The position numbers and the translations under genes were made by a program. Positions 8,668 through 17,078 of a DNA stretch of 64,000 bases are shown piece after piece. Source of the stretch: a virus (Duplodnaviria; Caudoviricetes); the IMG/VR virus record IMGVR_UViG_3300020336_000246, positions 17,785-81,784 of that record. One strand, given 5' to 3'. How positions within the stretch are numbered: the stretch's first letter is position 1; each line of letters starts with the position of its first letter. Under the pieces are notes generated by a model that was not told the DNA's origin, ran no database searches, and saw only the letters and a program-made list of their open reading frames with translations.

Positions 8668-8769
8668 TCTGGGGTGGTGAAACTGGTAAACACGTACAAC
8701 TGTTCATTGTATGGTTAATGTACTGCAATATATTTAACCTTGGAGGTTCGAATCCTTCCCCCAGAGCCA
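8668..8769 (+). tRNA. Non-canonical tRNA-Asn(GTT) with a long variable arm, 102 nt
   Basis: TCTGGGG/CCCCAGA-G-CCA; 3-bp D stem GTG/CAC; TACAA-CTGTTCA-TTGTA; 30-nt variable region; GGAGG-TTCGAAT-CCTTC. Confidence 0.88.
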
Positions 8770-8855
8770 ATATAAGCTACACTTATAGTCTACTATAACC
8801 TATACCTATTTTGGTAAATAACTGCATACTTAAACAATAGTATGGAGTAACCATT

Positions 8856-9005
8856 ATGGCTAAGATGTTTCATTCAACTGCGGCGGTACACGTTAGTATA
8901 CCTAAGAAGACAAGTCAATCTGGCACTAAAGCTAGATGTAAGATGTCATCTATGAACAAGAGCAAAAAGAGAAGTCATAAGTTTTATAGAGGACAAGGAA
9001 AGTAA
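8856..9005 (+). CDS. Small Lys/Arg-rich protein, 49 aa; absent from the ORF track
   Basis: GGAG RBS; MAKMFHSTAAVHVSIPKKTSQSGTKARCKMSSMNKSKKRSHKFYRGQGK; TAATG overlap with the nuclease gene. Confidence 0.75.
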   Translation: MAKMFHSTAAVHVSIPKKTSQSGTKARCKMSSMNKSKKRSHKFYRGQGK

Positions 9006-9436
9006 TGTACGAATACAAATGTAAAATACTTAGAGTAGTCGACGGCGACACAGTTGATATCGATATTGATCTGGGCTTTGGTATGTGGATGCACAAAGAA
9101 CGAGTTCGAATGATGGGCATTGATACACCAGAGTCTAGAACAAGAGATAAAGTGGAGAAGAAATTTGGCTTGGCATCGAAAGCAAGACTTAAAGAACTAT
9201 TACCAGTCGGATCGAAACAACATCTTAAAACAGAAATTGACAGAAGCGGAGAAGATAAGAAAGGCAAGTTCGGAAGAATACTTGGAGACTTTATCGTCGA
9301 CGAAAAGAGATGCACTGACATACTTGTTGAAGAAGGATATGCTGTAGTCTACACAGGCCAGAATAAAGACGATGTCGAACAGGCACACTTAAATAATAGA
9401 GAACTCTTAATAAAAGAAGGAAAGGTTACTCTATAA
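9005..9436 (+). CDS. Staphylococcal nuclease (thermonuclease) family protein
   Basis: RVVDGDTV, VRMMGIDTPE and KFGRILG motifs. Confidence 0.92.
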   Translation: MYEYKCKILRVVDGDTVDIDIDLGFGMWMHKERVRMMGIDTPESRTRDKVEKKFGLASKARLKELLPVGSKQHLKTEIDRSGEDKKGKFGRILGDFIVDEKRCTDILVEEGYAVVYTGQNKDDVEQAHLNNRELLIKEGKVTL

Positions 9437-9711
9437 TGTTAAAAGTACTTGTTGTCGTGCTTATGGCAGGCATCATGGAAAATGGTGGGAGAGATCTATA
9501 TGTTTTCACGAAACCAACTTTCACAACTATTGAATCCTGCAAAGAGTGGGCACAACAAAATCCAGACCAAGTCATTTGGACAGTAGCACAAGAATACGGA
9601 CAACGACCTATTGAGATGGTTTACTGCGTAGATGAAGAACAAGTTAAGAAGACAGTACCAGGATACGATCCTGAATCATACGAACCACCCAAAGTAGGCA
9701 CATCAATTTAA
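9436..9711 (+). CDS. Hypothetical protein with N-terminal signal or TM segment
   Basis: 91-aa ORF; TAATG coupling. Confidence 0.7.
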   Translation: MLKVLVVVLMAGIMENGGRDLYVFTKPTFTTIESCKEWAQQNPDQVIWTVAQEYGQRPIEMVYCVDEEQVKKTVPGYDPESYEPPKVGTSI

Positions 9712-9724
9712 TTTTCCAATTTAG

Positions 9725-9753
9725 TTGACACAGAGGCTTTTCTGTGTTACATT
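9725..9753 (+). promoter_or_regulatory. Sigma70-type promoter with an internal inverted repeat
   Basis: TTGACA-N17-TACATT; ACACAGA-N6-TCTGTGT at 9728-9747. Confidence 0.6.
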
Positions 9754-9759
9754 AATAAT

Positions 9760-9912
9760 ATGGAATTGCTACTAGGAATAATATCAGTAATTTTTGGCAC
9801 AGTACTACTTGGCTATTCAATGTCAATGCCAATAGATCACGAATGGTATGATCTTGTTATTATGTTTGGTGCGTTCTTTCTTGTAACCCCATTTTTACTT
9901 TCGAGGTCCTAA
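9760..9912 (+). CDS. Small two-TM membrane protein, 50 aa; absent from the ORF track
   Basis: MELLLGIISVIFGTVLLGYSMSMPIDHEWYDLVIMFGAFFLVTPFLLSRS; no clear RBS. Confidence 0.55.
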   Translation: MELLLGIISVIFGTVLLGYSMSMPIDHEWYDLVIMFGAFFLVTPFLLSRS

Positions 9913-9914
9913 CT

Positions 9915-10385
9915 ATGACAATGCATTTGGCACGTGGCTTAACTACTCTCAATACTAGTAGTCGTAAGTCTAAGATTAAACGTACGAAATCCAATTTAGA
10001 AAAATGGACTGTTCAAATGCGAAAGCATAATAAACAGATGAAACAGATAGGATGTCATCATCACATAATGACACTTAACGACTATATCGATTACATTCAC
10101 GGTCGTTACAAACCAAAACAAAAAACAACAACTACTATGAGTACTCCTTGGCATGACTCTGGTGTATATCGTAGAGAAGTAGAATTGGACAAGGCTCCTA
10201 GCCTTAGAACAGAACAATCCTTTTCTGCTTGTACCAAAAAAGAACCAATGAGATACACAGGAGAACGTAAGCTAGTTGGTATTGCTATGATGCATAAATC
10301 CAATTTAGTTCCCGTATTTGCTGACGATGATGACAAGACTGGTAGGAAACAAGCTACCGAAATATCTCAGATGAGAAGAAACTAA
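9915..10385 (+). CDS. Hypothetical basic phage protein
   Basis: 156-aa ORF with GAGG RBS. Confidence 0.8.
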   Translation: MTMHLARGLTTLNTSSRKSKIKRTKSNLEKWTVQMRKHNKQMKQIGCHHHIMTLNDYIDYIHGRYKPKQKTTTTMSTPWHDSGVYRREVELDKAPSLRTEQSFSACTKKEPMRYTGERKLVGIAMMHKSNLVPVFADDDDKTGRKQATEISQMRRN

Positions 10386-10403
10386 TTTTTGGTAAAATAT
10401 AGG

Positions 10404-10432
10404 TTGACTAAAGCCACATTCGGTGCTATAGT
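10404..10432 (+). promoter_or_regulatory. Sigma70-type promoter
   Basis: TTGACT-N17-TATAGT. Confidence 0.7.
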
Positions 10433-10455
10433 ATATACATAATGAAGATAAACTT

Positions 10456-11034
10456 ATGGAGGCTTTAATGAAAGGCACAGTTAAAAATCTGACGTTAGTC
10501 GCAACAATGGCGATTATGATGTCAGCTTGTTCTACAATGACCACAGTGGTCGAGAAACAACAAGACGTTGTACCTAATTGGTATATGAAATGTAAGGACA
10601 CTGGAACTGAAGGTTGGTTTTGGTGGTCTAAGGATTACTACTATGCTTGTGGTAGTGGTGTAAGTGGATTTAAAGAAGCCGCTTATGATAAAGCTATTCA
10701 ATTAGCAAAAACTAAAATCGCTGACAGAATTAATGGTGCAGTGAACAAGCGAACAACTATTGAGTATAATGATAGTGGATCAGAAGAGAGTATGGTTTCT
10801 ACTACACAATCTCAAGTATTGGTTGTAAACAAGATCACAGATACAGTAGTAAGACACTATTCATCTAATGAAGGATACTTGTATAAAAGAAATGGCAAGT
10901 ACTATCATTTCATTATGTTGAAACTTGATAAAGAAATTGTAGATCAACTTGTAGCAGAAGCACAAGGTGTGAGAGCTAACAAGAACAAAGTTGATACAAA
11001 CTCTATCAATAAATCTGCTAAACAAATCGACTAG
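10456..11034 (+). CDS. Lipoprotein (LPP20-like)
   Basis: Signal peptide with lipobox MSAC. Confidence 0.75.
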   Translation: MEALMKGTVKNLTLVATMAIMMSACSTMTTVVEKQQDVVPNWYMKCKDTGTEGWFWWSKDYYYACGSGVSGFKEAAYDKAIQLAKTKIADRINGAVNKRTTIEYNDSGSEESMVSTTQSQVLVVNKITDTVVRHYSSNEGYLYKRNGKYYHFIMLKLDKEIVDQLVAEAQGVRANKNKVDTNSINKSAKQID

Positions 11035-11043
11035 GAGGATCGT

Positions 11044-11388
11044 ATGAAACATCTTCTATACATAGTAGCTCTGGTTCTAGTATGCACAGGTTGTAGTGCT
11101 ACAGGCAACAAGCTAACCTTAGAAGAAAACGGTCACCAGTACTGCGATACGGAAAAGACCATTGTTGATAATAATGGTACTACCAATAGCAAACAAATCA
11201 CAAAGTGTAGCGATGATCCTGTAAAGAAGCTCTTACCACCTAAGATGGGTATGGGCAAACAATGTAGGGAACATTGGTACTCTGTTCACATAGGAGGCAA
11301 GATGGTTGAGAGAAAAGGCTATGCTTGTCTATTTGAAGGGAAGGATTATGAAAGTAGTAAATGGTATATTGTTACTAGCCCTTATTAG
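11044..11388 (+). CDS. Lipoprotein
   Basis: GGAGGA RBS; lipobox CTGC; Cys pairs. Confidence 0.75.
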   Translation: MKHLLYIVALVLVCTGCSATGNKLTLEENGHQYCDTEKTIVDNNGTTNSKQITKCSDDPVKKLLPPKMGMGKQCREHWYSVHIGGKMVERKGYACLFEGKDYESSKWYIVTSPY

Positions 11389-11791
11389 TATATTAAGTGC
11401 TTGTGGCTCAACTAAAGGTGTACAGACGTACAATACTAGCGATACCGCAACTTCTAGTGTACAATCTTCCTATCAACCTAGTAACGGATATGTAGGTGTT
11501 ATTGTTAACCTAACTAAATGGCATTGGTACAGATTACCTGCTAATGATAGAATGAAACAAGAACAAGCTATGTATTTCGCATTAGACAATAGTGAAAACG
11601 GACAGAGTACAAGTTGGTACAATAACGAAACAGGAACCAATGGTGAAGTGATTGTAGCAAGTACCTATCCAATGGGAAGTGGTTACTGTAGAGTGGTTAT
11701 GTCTAAACTTAATTATAAAGGTAAACTAAGACATTTTAAAGAAACTGCTTGTCGTGAAACTGGACATGAAGGTTGGCGTTTTATCAGATAG
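11348..11791 (+). CDS. Lipoprotein, RT0821/Lpp0805 (17-kDa surface antigen-like) family
   Basis: Lipobox LSAC; ALD...GQSTSWYN..TG..G, GYCR and ETACRE..GWRF; start taken at ATG 11348. Confidence 0.75.
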   Translation: MKVVNGILLLALISILSACGSTKGVQTYNTSDTATSSVQSSYQPSNGYVGVIVNLTKWHWYRLPANDRMKQEQAMYFALDNSENGQSTSWYNNETGTNGEVIVASTYPMGSGYCRVVMSKLNYKGKLRHFKETACRETGHEGWRFIR

Positions 11792-11828
11792 TTTAACTTC
11801 TTTCAAATGAGGTAAAAGTAAGCTAAAT

Positions 11829-13541
11829 ATGTTATACAAAGAGTACACAGGGAGCAGTATGTTATTAGGAATATTGACATTTCTATCTGCACTAACTATT
11901 AGTGCGGTAGCTATATACTATTCGGTGGCAGGATTGGCGGCTATATTTGCCGCGGCTGTTATCCCGATTATCATTATGGGTGTGTCATTAGAAGTTGGAA
12001 AACTTGTAACGGCAGTATGGTTGCACAGACATTGGAGTCGAGCTACATGGTGGCTTAAGACTTATCTGTCCGTTGCAGTATTTGTATTGATGTTTATAAC
12101 GTCAATGGGAATCTTTGGTTTCCTATCTAAAGCCCACATAGAACAAACAAGTATGTCGCAAGAGCAAGTAGCTCTTATTGAAACTATCGACGATAAGATA
12201 GTACGATCAGAAGGTAAGATACTACGTTGGACTACAGAGATGGATCGCTTGTTAGCAGGTGAAGACATTCGTGTAGATAGTCTTATTGATCGTGAGCAAG
12301 TAGAACTAGACAAAATTAATGCACTTATTAAAGCAGAGAAAGACGACATAAGAAAAGACTTTGATAAGCAAATAGAATTACAGAATCAAAGAATCATACA
12401 AGCAAAAGAACGTAAGGACGCAGATATACAAGCGGCCAAGGATAGATTTGAAGGATCCTTTGCTGGTGGTTCTAAGTATGACGAAGCAGTAGAAAAAGCA
12501 AAAGCAAATGAATTAAGTGTAGCAAGTTCGGCACAAAAAGAAATACGATCTATTAATAGCAAACTTAATGATGCACTTGCAACTGTAGATACAAAGTATG
12601 CTAGTGATATAAAAGCAATACAGGATAGAATACAGGACCTACGTGGACAAGCTAATGCTAAAACAGAAGACTTAGATGCTAGGGTTACAGAACTAGAAAC
12701 ATTCATTGATAAAGAACAAACTGTAATTGACGGTGTTAGAGAAGAGAAGTTTGCATACGAAAAGACTTATAGAAAACTTGAAGCTGAAGTAGGACCTATT
12801 AAGTATATTGCTGAATTCATATATGGTGAACAAGCAAATCAGAACTTACTAGAGTCAGCAGTACGTTGGGTAATCATAATTATTATCTTTGTGTTTGATC
12901 CATTAGCAGTATTACTATTGATTGCTTCGCAGTATACATTCCAATTTGTAAGAGAGGATAGAGGGCCTAAGTTGCCCCCAAAGTCCGACCCGGATCCAGA
13001 CGAGCCTGACGATCCGGTAGAAGAGAAGTTCGAAGATGTTAGTGAAGAAGAACTAGCAGAAGAAGAACAACGTGAGCTCGAACAACTTCGTGCAGAAAAG
13101 ATAGCAAAGAACGTTCCTCCGACGGAGAACCCAGACAGGTTTGATCCAGATGAAGTAAAGTATGAGATGGACGATGTGCATGATAAAAAAGACGAAGAAG
13201 AAATGCGAATAGCACTAGAAAAAATTGATAGTGAAATTGCAAAAGAAAACCCACCTGAATACTTTGGCGAAGATGAATACGTTCCAAATGAAAACATTAA
13301 AGAAGAAGCTAAAGATATTGACAAATGGAATAAGTGGGTAGAGGCCGCTGAACAAGAAGTTGCTAAAGAAGATTCAAAAGAAATAACAGGTATTGGTGCT
13401 GTCAAAGGTTCATTTAAACAAGCAGAGGAAGAACTTCAAAAAAAAACTCTAGAAGGAACCAATTACATAACAAAGGTCAGCAACAAGCAACAACGCCAAA
13501 CAACGAATCCGGAAGACTCCGACCCGACTTCACAGAAGTAG
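11829..13541 (+). CDS. Multi-TM coiled-coil membrane protein with acidic tail
   Basis: Several N-terminal TM segments, long heptad region, late TM (IIIIIFVFDPLAVLLLIA); probable start 11859. Confidence 0.8.
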   Translation: MLYKEYTGSSMLLGILTFLSALTISAVAIYYSVAGLAAIFAAAVIPIIIMGVSLEVGKLVTAVWLHRHWSRATWWLKTYLSVAVFVLMFITSMGIFGFLSKAHIEQTSMSQEQVALIETIDDKIVRSEGKILRWTTEMDRLLAGEDIRVDSLIDREQVELDKINALIKAEKDDIRKDFDKQIELQNQRIIQAKERKDADIQAAKDRFEGSFAGGSKYDEAVEKAKANELSVASSAQKEIRSINSKLNDALATVDTKYASDIKAIQDRIQDLRGQANAKTEDLDARVTELETFIDKEQTVIDGVREEKFAYEKTYRKLEAEVGPIKYIAEFIYGEQANQNLLESAVRWVIIIIIFVFDPLAVLLLIASQYTFQFVREDRGPKLPPKSDPDPDEPDDPVEEKFEDVSEEELAEEEQRELEQLRAEKIAKNVPPTENPDRFDPDEVKYEMDDVHDKKDEEEMRIALEKIDSEIAKENPPEYFGEDEYVPNENIKEEAKDIDKWNKWVEAAEQEVAKEDSKEITGIGAVKGSFKQAEEELQKKTLEGTNYITKVSNKQQRQTTNPEDSDPTSQK

Positions 13542-13622
13542 TAGACCCAGAGAAATACGTTCAAAATCAAGAACAAAGTCAGAACTCCATTTGGAGTAAG
13601 ATCCAGAAAAATAAGTAATAGT

Positions 13623-14030
13623 ATGGAAGATCCAGTAATCAATTTAATCACGCCACCTGATAAGTTGTACAATGACAATAGAAGCTTTCTATTAATGAAT
13701 CCTAGTGATATTGTTAAAGAACAATTTAATGAAATGGCAAAACAACTTGGTGAAAACTTGAACGTTTATCTGTTTGACCAAGATGAAGTACACGATGTAA
13801 ATTGGTTATTAGATATAGTAAATCAAGTAGGTACAATTATATTAGACGTAGACAATACTCGCAATGAGTATCAATGGCTTATTGGCTATCTTTTAAGTTT
13901 TGATAAAACTTATTACTTGACAAAAGCCGACCAGATGTCGTATAATGTAATTAACACTCGAAGGATTTACGATGTGAGACAAATTGCAGAGGAGAACGAT
14001 AGCTTTGTCAAAATTCAAGGAAAGACCTAA
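13623..14030 (+). CDS. Hypothetical protein
   Basis: 135-aa ORF in operon context. Confidence 0.75.
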   Translation: MEDPVINLITPPDKLYNDNRSFLLMNPSDIVKEQFNEMAKQLGENLNVYLFDQDEVHDVNWLLDIVNQVGTIILDVDNTRNEYQWLIGYLLSFDKTYYLTKADQMSYNVINTRRIYDVRQIAEENDSFVKIQGKT

Positions 14031-14241
14031 GAGTGGTCTTACTGTTTTAGTCCGCAACGGCGACTTTAATGGTGCATTGAGAAAATTTAAAAAACGGGTA
14101 TCGCAGGAAGGTATATTGATGGATTATAAAGCAAAACAATATTACGAAAAACCTAGCGAAAAAAGAGCAAGAGCAAAGGCGGCAGGTATTGCTCGACAGA
14201 AGAAAGAACTACGAAGACGAATGTTGGAGGAAGGATTTTAA
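14005..14241 (+). CDS. rpsU: Ribosomal protein bS21, copy 1
   Basis: ALRKFKK...QYYEKPSEKR; probable TTG start at 14005 with GAGGAG RBS. Confidence 0.88.
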   Translation: MSKFKERPKSGLTVLVRNGDFNGALRKFKKRVSQEGILMDYKAKQYYEKPSEKRARAKAAGIARQKKELRRRMLEEGF

Positions 14242-14840
14242 TGGAACTTAAAGCGGATCTATGGTTTCCTAGTATTATATTTGCAGGCATAAACGATGTT
14301 ATTGATCGTGGAGCCATTAAGCAAATTGCACAGGCTTGGAGAAACAAAGAACCAGAACTTGCAGGTAATAGCAATGAAGGTGGTTGGCATAGTCGTTCAA
14401 TCGAAAACATTGACATACTACCACCAGAGTTACAACAAGTTTTTAATACAATGGTTATTGAACTTGATAAAGCAGTTGAATCTTGTCGTAACAACATTGG
14501 CTTTCCTCCCTTAAAATTACAAAACTTCTGGATTAACATTAATGGTCCAGGAGCATATCATACACTACACAATCATCAAGATGCTATGTTGAGTGGTGTG
14601 TTCTATATAGATATTCCAACAGAGAATATGGGTGACTTACAGTTTTATCGTGGAGATGAAGCACAATACTACATTCCAGATAACCTAAGCACATACAACA
14701 CAATTACAAGTACTATGGCTACATATCCACCTAAGCCAGGTATGGTTGTTATTTTCCCTTCATGGGTCAAACACGCAGTAAAACAAAATAGGTCGGATGC
14801 AGAGAGAATAGCAATATCATTTAATTATGGAGCGAAATAA
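14241..14840 (+). CDS. 2OG-Fe(II) oxygenase-like protein (TIGR02466-type)
   Basis: HNH motif, MLSGVFY, VIFPSWVKHAV, RIAISFN. Confidence 0.85.
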   Translation: MELKADLWFPSIIFAGINDVIDRGAIKQIAQAWRNKEPELAGNSNEGGWHSRSIENIDILPPELQQVFNTMVIELDKAVESCRNNIGFPPLKLQNFWININGPGAYHTLHNHQDAMLSGVFYIDIPTENMGDLQFYRGDEAQYYIPDNLSTYNTITSTMATYPPKPGMVVIFPSWVKHAVKQNRSDAERIAISFNYGAK

Positions 14841-15886
14841 TGAGAATAGAACAAGACATTAAGTTGGACTACAAAGACGTACTGTTTAAACCTAAAAGAT
14901 CAAAATTAGAAAGCAGACGTGATGTCGACTTAACTCGAACGTTTAAGTTTCATTACGGTAATGAATGGACAGGTGTACCTATCATGTCAAGCAATATGGA
15001 CGGTGTTGGTACATTCGCAATGGCAAAAGTATTACAGGATCACAAGATGATTACTGTAATGAGAAAACATTATTCAGTAGACGACTGGACTAAAAATGCT
15101 AAAGGTGTTAAGATGAAATACCTAAGTGTTTGTACAGGTACAGGAGTTATATGGGATCCTGATGCACCAGACTATGCTACAATGAAAGCAGTACTGGCAA
15201 TGTATCCGGACATTAAGTTTATTACTGTTGATGTTGCTAATGCTTATCATGAAAACTATGCAGACTTTATTTCAAGAGTTAGAGATGCTTATCCTGACAA
15301 AACTATTATAGCTGGTAATGTTATATCAGCAGAGATGACAGAAGAACTTATTATCAAAGGTGCTGACATTGTTAAGTGTGGTATTGGTCCCGGATCAGTA
15401 TGTACTACACGACTAATGACAGGTGTTGGTGTTCCGCAACTATCAGGAATCATTGAGTGTGCTGATGCGGCCAACGGTATTGGTGGACACATTATTGCTG
15501 ATGGCGGTTGTGTTTATCCAGGAGATGTAAGTAAAGCCTTTGGAGCAGGAGCTCACTTTACAATGCTAGGCGGTATGTTAGCAGGACACGATGAAAGCGA
15601 AGGTGAAGTAGTAAACGGCAAGATACAGTTCTATGGTATGAGTTCAGATGCGGCCATGGCAACACATGGTACTCGTAAAGATGGATATCGTGGAGCAGAA
15701 GGCAAGGTTGTTGAACTTCCACACAAAGGCCCTGTTGAGAAAACTGTTATTGAAATACTTGGCGGACTAAGATCCACTTGCACATACATTGGTGCAAAAC
15801 GTATTAAAGATATGCCTAAGTGTACAACGTTTGTAAGATGTACACAACAGGTTAATCAAGTGTTCAATCAGTTCAATGCAGATTAG
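14840..15886 (+). CDS. guaC: GMP reductase
   Basis: MRIEQDIKLDYKDVL, GIGPGSVCTTR catalytic loop, GGLRSTCTY. Confidence 0.96.
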   Translation: MRIEQDIKLDYKDVLFKPKRSKLESRRDVDLTRTFKFHYGNEWTGVPIMSSNMDGVGTFAMAKVLQDHKMITVMRKHYSVDDWTKNAKGVKMKYLSVCTGTGVIWDPDAPDYATMKAVLAMYPDIKFITVDVANAYHENYADFISRVRDAYPDKTIIAGNVISAEMTEELIIKGADIVKCGIGPGSVCTTRLMTGVGVPQLSGIIECADAANGIGGHIIADGGCVYPGDVSKAFGAGAHFTMLGGMLAGHDESEGEVVNGKIQFYGMSSDAAMATHGTRKDGYRGAEGKVVELPHKGPVEKTVIEILGGLRSTCTYIGAKRIKDMPKCTTFVRCTQQVNQVFNQFNAD

Positions 15887-16430
15887 AACTAATCAGAAAC
15901 CGTTCGTACACACTATCATAGACGATTACTTTGACAAAGAAGAACTTCCTAGTGTATTTTCTGAAATAAAATATTTAAATCAACACGCCACTGACACAAA
16001 AGACAATGGCGATCCAAAGAGCAGTAACATGAATGCAGTTCATTTGGATAAGCACTACAAAGAAGAAAGACACGTAAGCAGTATTCTTAGATATAATAGA
16101 AAGATGTTTGATCTTGACTTTTCAGAGAACATCTTTGCAAATTATATAAAGATGTGTAACTTTGATGTTACCCAACTTAACTGTTACAATGGAGATGGCA
16201 GTTATGATCTACATCCTGACCTCGGAGTAATGTCAGCAGTAACTTTATTGTACGAAGAGCCTAAGCAGTTTACAGGCGGAGAACTAGCTTTTTCGGACTA
16301 CAACTATACTCCAGAACTCAAAAACAACTCGCTAATACTATTTCCTAGCTTTATACAACACGAAGTAAAACACATTAAAGGAACAGGTCGATATAGCATA
16401 AATCACTTCTTTTTTATCCATATTAGGTAG
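15876..16430 (+). CDS. 2OG-Fe(II) oxygenase (P4H-like)
   Basis: HPD motif, FTGGEL, LFPSFIQHEV, GRYSI. Confidence 0.85.
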   Translation: MQIRTNQKPFVHTIIDDYFDKEELPSVFSEIKYLNQHATDTKDNGDPKSSNMNAVHLDKHYKEERHVSSILRYNRKMFDLDFSENIFANYIKMCNFDVTQLNCYNGDGSYDLHPDLGVMSAVTLLYEEPKQFTGGELAFSDYNYTPELKNNSLILFPSFIQHEVKHIKGTGRYSINHFFFIHIR

Positions 16431-16448
16431 ATTTGGTTAGATTTATAC

Positions 16449-16496
16449 TTGAAAATAGACCTATTTTAGCATATAATTTGTATAGTAGTATAAATA
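16449..16496 (+). promoter_or_regulatory. Tandem promoters for the hsp20 operon: sigma70-type plus late TATAAATA
   Basis: TTGAAA-N17-TATAAT (16449-16477) containing AAAATAG-AC-CTATTTT; TATAAATA at 16489-16496. Confidence 0.7.
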
Positions 16497-16501
16497 CTAA
16501 T

Positions 16502-16566
16502 ATGTTAAAGAATGCTTGATAGGTTCTTTCAACATTTAACTTGCTTAATAAAGGAGAAACAAAATG
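16502..16566 (+). promoter_or_regulatory. ROSE-like RNA thermometer in the hsp20 5' UTR
   Basis: 11-bp 5' hairpin; CTTGCT (16540-16545) pairs with SD AGGAG (16552-16556), leaving a bulged G. Confidence 0.65.
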
Positions 16567-17004
16567 ACAAGAAACCAACATCTATCAATTTTTAATCAAC
16601 TAAGACCAGTAACAGTAGGGTTTGATCCTATCTTTGATCACTTCGAAAGAATGTTTGACAACGATACGTTAATGACACCATCTGTTAACTACCCACCTTA
16701 CAATATTGTTAAAACAGGTGACTATACCTACAATATTGAAGTAGCCCTTGCAGGCTTCAACAAGAAGGATATTGAAGTTAAGTACGCAGATAATACTTTA
16801 GAAATCAAATCCATTCATGAGAAGGAAGAAGCTAAAGAAGGAACACTACACCAAGGTATTAGCAAAAGACATTTTACTAGATCTTTTACTATTGCTGAAG
16901 ATGTAGAAGTAAAAGGTGCAGAACTTAAAGACGGTCTTTTACAAGTTGAACTGGAAAAAATTATTCCAGAAAGCAAAAAACCAAGAACTATTAATATTAA
17001 GTAG
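16564..17004 (+). CDS. Small heat shock protein Hsp20 (IbpA-like)
   Basis: NYPPYNI, IEVALAGF, HQGISKRHFTRSF, A.LKDGLL. Confidence 0.95.
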   Translation: MTRNQHLSIFNQLRPVTVGFDPIFDHFERMFDNDTLMTPSVNYPPYNIVKTGDYTYNIEVALAGFNKKDIEVKYADNTLEIKSIHEKEEAKEGTLHQGISKRHFTRSFTIAEDVEVKGAELKDGLLQVELEKIIPESKKPRTINIK

Positions 17005-17022
17005 TTCTAATAATAAACCGAT

Positions 17023-17067
17023 AGGGAGGCTGAGATACTAGCCGCGAAAACGGGTATAAGCCTCCCT
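17023..17067 (+). terminator. Long hairpin between hsp20 and clpS
   Basis: AGGGAGGCT/AGCCTCCCT outer stem with inner stems, followed by TTCATTT. Confidence 0.55.
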
Positions 17068-17078
17068 TTCATTTACTA

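Noticed and set aside
8712-8741. Intron in the tRNA-Asn gene
   Set aside because: The extra 30 nt lie in the variable region, not the anticodon loop; far too short for a group I intron and folds as a simple arm
16449-16467. RpoH (sigma32) promoter for hsp20
   Set aside because: CTTGAAA and CCTAT are present but far too close for the RpoH spacing
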